This document shows, piece after piece, positions 35,181 through 41,877 of a DNA stretch of 64,000 bases (position 1 is the stretch's first letter; each line of letters opens with the position of its first letter). Made by a program: the position numbers and the translations under genes. The DNA lies in the sequence record NC_019405.1; one strand, given 5' to 3'. Under the pieces are notes generated by a model. It was not told the origin of the DNA. It did not search any database and was given only the letters and a program-made list of their open reading frames with translations.

Positions 35181-35422
35181 GGCTCGACCTTCCGGACAGT
35201 GTAGGAGAATTCGTCGTGGACGCGACCGTCGAAACTAGCCTCGTAGCCGGGGCCGAGTTCGGCCAGGATGCGCGCCTCGATCTCGGCGAAGTCGATTTTC
35301 GCCATCGCCTGTTCGGCCGCCCGCATCTGCTGGAGGAAGCCGTCCTTGATCTGGCGCCCCGCCTCGGTGCGGATCGGGATGTTCTGGATCGGCGGCTCGG
35401 ATTTCGACAGACGCTCGCCCAT
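35177..35422 (-). CDS. 81-aa mini-protein made of family A DNA polymerase palm motifs
   Basis: RLSKSEPPIQNIPIRTEAGRQIKDGF, DFAEIEARILA, VHDEF in Pol I order; coupled to gcrA (TGATG) and the downstream gene (ATGA). Confidence 0.8.
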   Translation of the reverse strand: MGERLSKSEPPIQNIPIRTEAGRQIKDGFLQQMRAAEQAMAKIDFAEIEARILAELGPGYEASFDGRVHDEFSYTVRKVEP

Positions 35423-35970
35423 CAGGCCCTCCGGCGATAGACCCGCACCGGGCGGGTGGGGAGGCGTTTCTCGGGCGGCTTGTAGGCGACCAGGGCATGG
35501 CTGATGCAGTAGACGCCTGCCTTGGCGCGGCACCCGCAATGGCCAAAGTCCGGCGAGTTCGGGTCGCCATAGGGCCAGCGGCACATTCCGCGCTTGAGTT
35601 CGGCCGTCGCGAACAGCCGCGCCGGGCGCGGCGGGATGACCGCCGTTCCTTCGGGGACCAGGGCGAGCTTGGGCTTGGCCGGCGGAGCGGGCTTTTCGAC
35701 CTTCTTGGGCTTGCGCGCCGTGGCCTTCTTGACCTTGCGGACCTGGATGCCCAGGCCGCGCGTCTTCTTGCGGCGGGCGGTCGGAGGCGGAACCTTCTCG
35801 CCCAGTTCGCCGGCGGCCTTCAGTCGGTCGGCCTTGCCGCAGACGGCGCTCTTGGTGCGCGGCACGCTCAGGCGCTGACCGATCTCCTTGGTCCCGACCG
35901 GCTCCGCCCAGAGCTTCTTGAGCAGGGCGATGTCCTCGTCCGGCCAGTCGGAATTCCGCTTCTTCACCAC
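35422..35970 (-). CDS. gcrA: GcrA cell-cycle regulator homologue
   Basis: W.DE.IALLKKLW...EIG..L...TKSAVCGKA.RL N-terminal HTH; CRWP.GDP...F..CG...YC..H...AY C-terminal domain. Confidence 0.93.
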   Translation of the reverse strand: MVKKRNSDWPDEDIALLKKLWAEPVGTKEIGQRLSVPRTKSAVCGKADRLKAAGELGEKVPPPTARRKKTRGLGIQVRKVKKATARKPKKVEKPAPPAKPKLALVPEGTAVIPPRPARLFATAELKRGMCRWPYGDPNSPDFGHCGCRAKAGVYCISHALVAYKPPEKRLPTRPVRVYRRRA

Positions 35971-35977
35971 GCTTGCA

Positions 35978-36157
35978 CTACTCCTTGATCTCGACGCTCT
36001 TGGGCGGATTGGGATGAGGAACGAAGACCAGGGCCACGTCCTGACCGCCGGTATAGCGCGTGCGCCGGCTGTAGAGCCAGCCGCCTTCCACCGCCAACCG
36101 CTCGGTCACCTGACCATCGGCTTCGTCGATCTTTTCCCACTTGGACTTCTTAGCCAT
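35978..36157 (-). CDS. hypothetical protein (59 aa, not in ORF track), paralogue of 43635-43931
   Basis: MAKKSKWEKIDEADGQVTERLAVEGGWLYSRR...VALVFVP; GAGGGG SD. Confidence 0.8.
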   Translation of the reverse strand: MAKKSKWEKIDEADGQVTERLAVEGGWLYSRRTRYTGGQDVALVFVPHPNPPKSVEIKE

Positions 36158-36178
36158 CTTCCCCTCGAATTTGGCGGC

Positions 36179-36207
36179 ACCCTAGAGGAGCGTTCGAGTG
36201 TTGACAA
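36179..36207 (-). promoter_or_regulatory. leftward promoter of the divergent switch (spacer-operator type)
   Basis: TTGTCA-ACACTCGAACGCTCCTC(17)-TAGGGT. Confidence 0.65.
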
Positions 36208-36220
36208 GCACCAATGTCGC

Positions 36221-36279
36221 TGGCTTTCGAGTGTTGACAAGTCCGGTGCTCGTCTATAGGGGAGACCGGGACGACAACG
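36221..36279 (+). promoter_or_regulatory. rightward promoter cassette of the divergent switch
   Basis: TGGCT-TTCGA-GTGTTGACA-17-TAGGGG then GACGACAACG. Confidence 0.85.
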
Positions 36280-36292
36280 AAAGGAGCCTGCC

Positions 36293-36601
36293 ATGCGCTA
36301 TGTGCTCGACTATGCCGACGACCGGGACAAGCCGGTCTACACCAATTTCCAGGCCGGCGACCGCAAGGCGGCCATCGCCAAGGCCAAGCGCCTGCTCGCC
36401 AAGGCGATCAAGACCGTCGATTTCTCGCTCCACAGGGCCTACATCTTCGTCGATCCGACGGGCGTCGCCCGCGACGTCGACGACATGATCCCGTTCGGCA
36501 TGCTGAGCACGATGGCCTACGCCAGCATCGTCACCCCGTCGATGATCTCGTTCGACGACCGCGACGCCAAGGCCGCGATCGCCGCGAGGCTCGCCCAATG
36601 A
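36293..36601 (+). CDS. hypothetical protein (102 aa)
   Basis: First right-arm gene; AAGGAG SD. Confidence 0.8.
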   Translation: MRYVLDYADDRDKPVYTNFQAGDRKAAIAKAKRLLAKAIKTVDFSLHRAYIFVDPTGVARDVDDMIPFGMLSTMAYASIVTPSMISFDDRDAKAAIAARLAQ

Positions 36602-36810
36602 TGGATCGTCAGGACATCCAGCCCGGCTTCATCTATCGCGGCGGCAAGAACGGAACCCTGCGTCAGATCGTGAGCTATGGGGCGACCGAGGATTTCGTCT
36701 GCTGGGCCAATCCCCACGACCGCCTGCCCTACGGCGGCTTCATCTCCACCATCTGCACGTCCAGGACGTCGTTCGCCCGCTGGGCCGACAAGATCGAGGA
36801 AGAGGTCTGA
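36598..36810 (+). CDS. hypothetical protein (70 aa)
   Basis: Coupled ORF. Confidence 0.7.
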   Translation: MMDRQDIQPGFIYRGGKNGTLRQIVSYGATEDFVCWANPHDRLPYGGFISTICTSRTSFARWADKIEEEV

Positions 36811-37091
36811 TGCTGTACAGCATGATCACGGGCGACTCTCCCGAAGACGAATTCGCCGACTATGAGTTCGCCAACGGGACCCAGGTCCACAATTCTCAAG
36901 CCGAGGACGATGGAACCTTCCGTCGCATGATCACCACGCCCAAGGGGATCAACGTCACCTTCTGGAACGTGATGCCCGTCGAGATCGTGGGCGAGGTCGC
37001 GGCCGAACTCGATCGGGTCGCGGCGGTCAACTTCGAGCAGGGCAAGCGTGCGAAGGCAGGTGAAATCATTCGCGTGTTGGGGCTCGGATGA
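36810..37091 (+). CDS. hypothetical protein (93 aa)
   Basis: Coupled ORF. Confidence 0.7.
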   Translation: MLYSMITGDSPEDEFADYEFANGTQVHNSQAEDDGTFRRMITTPKGINVTFWNVMPVEIVGEVAAELDRVAAVNFEQGKRAKAGEIIRVLGLG

Positions 37092-37360
37092 ACACCTTCT
37101 TCCTTCGGCAGACCAAACGGGACGAGCAGGGTCGACGCTACTTTGAGTTCGTCGATCCTGACCTGACCCAGCGCCTCTATGTCCGCAAGCCGCCGGACGA
37201 CTGGTCCGAGGGCTTCCCGATCGTCCTGGAGGACTTCGTCGATGGCAAGCCCGCCGGCTCCATCATCTGCCCGGCCGGGAAGAAGCGGGGGCATGGCTTC
37301 GCGGCCTTCTTCAAGGCCAACCCTAAGGATTTCCGCAAGCTCAAGAAAGGTCGCCTATGA
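37088..37360 (+). CDS. hypothetical protein (90 aa)
   Basis: Coupled ORF. Confidence 0.7.
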   Translation: MNTFFLRQTKRDEQGRRYFEFVDPDLTQRLYVRKPPDDWSEGFPIVLEDFVDGKPAGSIICPAGKKRGHGFAAFFKANPKDFRKLKKGRL

Positions 37361-37614
37361 GGATTCCCCAGCCCGTCGAGTTCACCGTGGCCGACCTCAT
37401 CGCCCACCTTGCGACCCTGCCCCAGGACGCCAAGGTCGGCGTGCGCGGCGGGTTCGGGGGCTTCCGGCCGCTCGACGAGATCGCCCCGATCGAACTCGTC
37501 ACCTTCTACGGCGAGACCGACGTCGACCGCATGACGCTGGCGACCGCCGACCCCATCGCCATCAACTGGAAGGGCAAGCGCGGCGAGCCCTTCACGGCCA
37601 TCATTCTCGACTAG
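37357..37614 (+). CDS. hypothetical protein (85 aa)
   Basis: TVADLIAHL..LP.DA.V motif. Confidence 0.7.
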   Translation: MRIPQPVEFTVADLIAHLATLPQDAKVGVRGGFGGFRPLDEIAPIELVTFYGETDVDRMTLATADPIAINWKGKRGEPFTAIILD

Positions 37615-37622
37615 GAGGACCC

Positions 37623-37862
37623 ATGACCAACCGTGTCTGGATTGAACTCGAACCGTCCGCGTCCGAGGGCCACGCCCGCGCCGCCGCCGCGTCGGCCATG
37701 CTGAAGCGCCTGGGTGTCGACGTCGGCGTCCACAAGCCGGTGTTCTGGCACGAGCGCAATGAGCGCTACTGCTTCACGCTCGACGCCTCGGGCGTCTACG
37801 TCGAGGCCGAGGACCACGGCCACTGGTACAACCTCGATTTCCTGGCGGGCGCCGATGTCTGA
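37623..37862 (+). CDS. hypothetical protein (79 aa)
   Basis: GGAGG SD; ATG 37623. Confidence 0.7.
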   Translation: MTNRVWIELEPSASEGHARAAAASAMLKRLGVDVGVHKPVFWHERNERYCFTLDASGVYVEAEDHGHWYNLDFLAGADV

Positions 37863-38250
37863 GGTCTTCCCGCCGATCCGCCCCCGCGAGGCCAGGGACG
37901 AGGAAATCCACGGCTTCGTCGTCCGCTACGGCTGGTTCTGGAACGTGACCCTGCTGAACGGCACGATCCTGGCCTTCGATCCCGACGATGTCGACCCCTG
38001 CCGCTACGGCGTGACGGGCAAGGACGACTTCCGCAACCTCGCCGGCGCGCCCGAGACGATCGCGGCCTACGAGTGCGTCCAGGGCTGGCACGCCAAGGCC
38101 AAGCACCTCTCGGGCTGGACCGAACGTCACGACGACCGGCTCGAAGCCCTGCGGACGGCTTATCGCCGCCTGGAGGAGCAGCGCGAGCGCAATAGCCGCG
38201 CCCTGGAGGAGCACGGCGGCATCTTCAAGTTTCTGGAAGGTCAGGACTGA
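37855..38250 (+). CDS. hypothetical protein (131 aa)
   Basis: ATG 37855. Confidence 0.7.
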   Translation: MSEVFPPIRPREARDEEIHGFVVRYGWFWNVTLLNGTILAFDPDDVDPCRYGVTGKDDFRNLAGAPETIAAYECVQGWHAKAKHLSGWTERHDDRLEALRTAYRRLEEQRERNSRALEEHGGIFKFLEGQD

Positions 38251-38492
38251 TGCAGAGGACCCTCCATTCGACTGGCCAGGAACTCTCGGTCAAGTTCAAG
38301 TTCCCCAGTGAAAACCTGACCTTGACCGTGCATGCCGAACAGGACAGCCCGATGGCGTTCCTCTGGGTCGAAGGCCGCTCGGTCGACTATTTCGAGAAGC
38401 TCCTGAGCTTCGAGCCGGCCGATCTCGATCTCTTGATCGCCACCCTGTCCGAGGCGCGCAAGATGATCCGCGAGCGCGAGCCGCAGGTCTGA
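38250..38492 (+). CDS. hypothetical protein (80 aa)
   Basis: TGATG coupling. Confidence 0.7.
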   Translation: MQRTLHSTGQELSVKFKFPSENLTLTVHAEQDSPMAFLWVEGRSVDYFEKLLSFEPADLDLLIATLSEARKMIREREPQV

Positions 38493-38493
38493 C

Positions 38494-38748
38494 ATGCTGA
38501 CCAAGGACGAGATCACCTTCGCGGGCCTGATCAAGGCCATGGAGGACGCCCGCCGCACCGCCAAGGCGGCGGGCGATCTCGTCAGCACGGCCGAGATCGA
38601 CCGCTGGTTCAAGGAACACGCGCCGATCATCCGGGAGGTCCGCGACAAGGCCGAGGCCGACGAATTCGACGCTGGCGTGAGAGTGTTGACAGCCTCTGAG
38701 GAAGGGGCTAAAGACACCCTCGACGACAGCGAAAGGAGCCTGCCTTGA
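38494..38748 (+). CDS. hypothetical protein (84 aa) whose C-terminus is encoded by a promoter cassette
   Basis: Good bias until GVRVLTASEEGAKDTLDD. Confidence 0.7.
   Translation: MLTKDEITFAGLIKAMEDARRTAKAAGDLVSTAEIDRWFKEHAPIIREVRDKAEADEFDAGVRVLTASEEGAKDTLDDSERSLP
38673..38731 (+). promoter_or_regulatory. phage promoter cassette (upstream-operator type)
   Basis: TGGCG-TGAGA-GTGTTGACA-17-TAAAGA then CGACGACAGCG. Confidence 0.85.
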
Positions 38749-39764
38749 CCGACTTCCCGATCATCCGCGCCGCCATCTCGCCCCGCCGGGCCGCCCAATT
38801 CGACGCCGCCCTGGCGAACGTGAAGGCCTTCACCGAGGAAGGCGTCCTGATCAAGGCCGAGTGGAACGACATCAAGGACACGTTCAGCCGCGCGATCGCC
38901 GAGACCTGGGACGCGTTCAAGGACAAGGAATACTATCCCCGCGCCCGCCAGGGCGAGCACGAGAACGTCGGCAAGCTCTACTGGGAGCTTCTGAGCCCCT
39001 ACCCCCATGTCCTGGCCGGCTATCTGAAGAAGGTCCAGAACGCCAAGAACATCGAGCCGGCGATCCTGCGCGATTTCCCGATCGCCTTCTTCACCGAGGC
39101 TCTGCCGCTCAACGACATGCTGGTCGCCCTGAAGCCGCTGATCGGCAAGCGCGCGCCGAAGAAGACCAAGGTCCAGATCGAGCGCGAGGGCAAGGAGCGG
39201 ACCTGTCAGGTCTGCGGTCGCGGCATCCTGGCCGAGAACGGCCGGATCGCCCACCACGGCTATCAGCGCCCCGGCATGGGCTATCAGACCCCCTCGTGCA
39301 GCGGCGCCCTGGAACTGCCCTTCGAGATCAGCCGCGACGCCCTGGGCGCCGACATCGAGAACTTGAAGGCCTACCGCGCCCGTCGCCAGACCTATCGCTC
39401 CGACGTCAACCTGGAACTGGTCAGCCTGCCGGTCAAGTATCAGGTCTCCGAGCAGGACCCGCGCCGCGCGCCGGGTTTCAAGCACGTGGTCGACAAGATG
39501 ATCCACGTCACCCGCGCCGACTGGGACGCCCAGAAAGCTGAAACCCCCGAGGCCTTCGCCGGCAAGTACGGGCCGCGCAAGCCCAACTACACCTACGAGC
39601 CCTTCACCTTCGACGCCCTGAAGACCCAGGTCCTGGGCATGGTCGACGGCGAGATCGAGTTCATCACCGGCACGATCCGGGCGCAGCAGAAGCGCTATGA
39701 CGACTGGAAGCAGACGATGGAGTTCGTCGACGGCCAGTATCGGATGCTGGAGGTCGCGGCTTGA
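38745..39764 (+). CDS. 339-aa protein with probable Zn site
   Basis: TCQVCGR...IAHHGYQRPG.G..T.SC.G; TTG start with AAGGAG SD. Confidence 0.8.
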   Translation: MTDFPIIRAAISPRRAAQFDAALANVKAFTEEGVLIKAEWNDIKDTFSRAIAETWDAFKDKEYYPRARQGEHENVGKLYWELLSPYPHVLAGYLKKVQNAKNIEPAILRDFPIAFFTEALPLNDMLVALKPLIGKRAPKKTKVQIEREGKERTCQVCGRGILAENGRIAHHGYQRPGMGYQTPSCSGALELPFEISRDALGADIENLKAYRARRQTYRSDVNLELVSLPVKYQVSEQDPRRAPGFKHVVDKMIHVTRADWDAQKAETPEAFAGKYGPRKPNYTYEPFTFDALKTQVLGMVDGEIEFITGTIRAQQKRYDDWKQTMEFVDGQYRMLEVAA

Positions 39765-39949
39765 CTATCACCGCCCACGCAGAATCCGTCCTGGCGCTCC
39801 AGGCGCAGGCCGCCGACACCCTCAATCGGGTGATCGGAGAGCGCAACGCCGCCACGGGCGCGAAGAAAACGCGCCTGCGCCGCCTGACCCTGATCCTTGA
39901 AGACGTGATGGGTGCCTGCAACGACGCCGTGGAGGAGATGCGCCGGTGA
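39761..39949 (+). CDS. hypothetical protein (62 aa)
   Basis: Coupled ORF. Confidence 0.65.
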   Translation: MTITAHAESVLALQAQAADTLNRVIGERNAATGAKKTRLRRLTLILEDVMGACNDAVEEMRR

Positions 39950-40341
39950 TCTTCAGTTCCAAAACCCAGCCCCACTGCCGCTGCTGCGCCAAGCCGATCA
40001 AGAAGCACACCCGCCGCCACTATTTCGGCTCCAGGGAAGCCAAGGACAACGGCTGGTCGCTCGACCGGATCGAGACCCCGATGTCGGAGGACGAACTGCG
40101 CCGGCTGGTGAACGGTCATATCGTCTCGTTCGCCTGGAGCCACGACGTCACCTACGACGCCAACTACAAGGCCGTGCGGAAGAAGACCCACATCGCCTGG
40201 GCCAACGTCTGGGACGGCGAGACCTACGAGGACGGTTATTTCTGCACCCTGCGGTGCGCCGCCGCGTTCGGGAGCATGGTCGCCGAGCACTATCCCGATA
40301 TCCACACCCAGGCCTACGCCGACTTCAAGGACAAGCGATGA
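39946..40341 (+). CDS. hypothetical Cys-containing protein (131 aa)
   Basis: CRCCAK and FCTLRCA. Confidence 0.7.
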   Translation: MIFSSKTQPHCRCCAKPIKKHTRRHYFGSREAKDNGWSLDRIETPMSEDELRRLVNGHIVSFAWSHDVTYDANYKAVRKKTHIAWANVWDGETYEDGYFCTLRCAAAFGSMVAEHYPDIHTQAYADFKDKR

Positions 40342-41060
40342 ACGACGAGATCAAGAGAACCCACGAGGCCTACGGGATCATCGGCTATAGCCACACCCAG
40401 GGCGACACCGATCTGGTCGGCGTCGACTACGCCCAGGGCCACTATGTGACCCTGACGATCAAGACGGCCGTCGCCTATGAGGGCGAGACCCATGACCGCT
40501 TCCACGGCGACAAGTACATCTGCAAGGTGGCGATGAGCGAGGTCCAGTGGGCCGCCTTCATCGCCAATCCGAACCGGGGCGACGGCGTGCCTTGCACCTT
40601 GCAGTTCTATCGCGATCCGCTGACCGGCGAGACCAAGCACCCAAAGTATCATCGCGAGCAAATGACCCGCGTCGAGCGCACCCGCGAGGCCGTCACCGCC
40701 CGCGCCAAGGCCCTGTCGACCAAGGTCAAGGAGGCCCAGGCCGAGCTTCAGAGGTTGATGGACGGCGGCCCGATCAAGAAGGGCGATCTGAAGACGCTCA
40801 AGGACCTGCTCTACTTCGCCAACCAGGACATGGAGTCGAACCTCGGCTACTTCGTCGAGCGGGTGGAGGAGACCATCGACAAGGCGGTGGTCGACGCCAA
40901 GGCCCAGGTCGACGCCCACGTCGACTTCGTGGTTCGCGAACTGGGGGTGCGGGCTCTGGGCGCGCGGCTCCAGGAGGCCATCGACGCGGGGCATGATCCT
41001 GGCGCCGTGGGGCAGGCCCTGATCGGGCTCGTGGCACCGCCGGAGGCAGACCCGACGTGA
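40338..41060 (+). CDS. hypothetical phage protein (240 aa)
   Basis: HEAYG.I, MSE.QWA.F...N.G.GVPCTL motif, coiled C-terminus. Confidence 0.8.
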   Translation: MNDEIKRTHEAYGIIGYSHTQGDTDLVGVDYAQGHYVTLTIKTAVAYEGETHDRFHGDKYICKVAMSEVQWAAFIANPNRGDGVPCTLQFYRDPLTGETKHPKYHREQMTRVERTREAVTARAKALSTKVKEAQAELQRLMDGGPIKKGDLKTLKDLLYFANQDMESNLGYFVERVEETIDKAVVDAKAQVDAHVDFVVRELGVRALGARLQEAIDAGHDPGAVGQALIGLVAPPEADPT

Positions 41061-41302
41061 GCCGCCGGTTCCTCAACCGCTGGGCCGAGGCGGTCGACGG
41101 CTCGCCCCAGTCCAAGCCCTTCCGGACCAAGGGCCTGTCGTTCGCCCATGCCCGCAGGACGGCGCGGGAGACCCAAGGGGTCGTCGCCGTCGAACACCAA
41201 GAACCCGTCAGCGACGCCTCGCCCAACTGGGCGGTGATCGAGCGCTGGGAATTCTATCCCGACGGCCGTGAGCGCCGCACCCTCAAGCTGGAGACCGTCT
41301 GA
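41057..41302 (+). CDS. hypothetical protein (81 aa)
   Basis: Coupled ORF. Confidence 0.65.
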   Translation: MSRRFLNRWAEAVDGSPQSKPFRTKGLSFAHARRTARETQGVVAVEHQEPVSDASPNWAVIERWEFYPDGRERRTLKLETV

Positions 41303-41303
41303 C

Positions 41304-41798
41304 ATGACCCGCAGCACCGCCGACATCATCGCCCGCATCAAGGCCCTGGAGGAAGACCCCAGCGACTTCTTCGGCTTCCAGACCAATGATCTGGTCTGCT
41401 ACCTCCCGTTCGAGGCCGCCAAGCCCTGGCTGAATGAAAACGCCACGCCCGAGGTCTGGACGCCCAACGTCAACACCCCCGAGGCGATCAAGCAGGTCAT
41501 CCTCGACTACATGGAGTTCGCCTGGGACAAGGCCAACAACCGGCGCGGCCTGTCCGCCGGCCGCTCGCTCGATCACATGAAGGCGTGGCTCTGGATGCTG
41601 GAGGAGGACGCGGCCTGGGTCGCGGCCCTGAAGCTCTCCGACTATACCCACTACGGCAAGCCGCAGCTTCGCGCGATCTGCAAGCGCTTCGGCTGGGACT
41701 GGACGCAGTGGGACGACGGGCGGTGGTCCAGCCGCGAGTTCGGCGATGATCACGCGCCCGAGGACGTCGAGGAAGTCGGGATCATCGAGCCCGCCTGA
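41304..41798 (+). CDS. hypothetical phage protein (164 aa)
   Basis: FAWDKANN.RGLSA.RS..H..AWLW, Y..YGKP.L..IC. Confidence 0.8.
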   Translation: MTRSTADIIARIKALEEDPSDFFGFQTNDLVCYLPFEAAKPWLNENATPEVWTPNVNTPEAIKQVILDYMEFAWDKANNRRGLSAGRSLDHMKAWLWMLEEDAAWVAALKLSDYTHYGKPQLRAICKRFGWDWTQWDDGRWSSREFGDDHAPEDVEEVGIIEPA

Positions 41799-41806
41799 GT
41801 CTTTCC

Positions 41807-41865
41807 TGGCGCGAAAGTGTTGACAGCCTGAAGGGACTCCTCTACACCCACGCTCGACGACAACG
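41807..41865 (+). promoter_or_regulatory. phage promoter cassette (upstream-operator type)
   Basis: TGGCG-CGAAA-GTGTTGACA-17-TACACC then CGACGACAACG; GANTC in the spacer. Confidence 0.85.
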
Positions 41866-41877
41866 AGAGGAGTTCCC

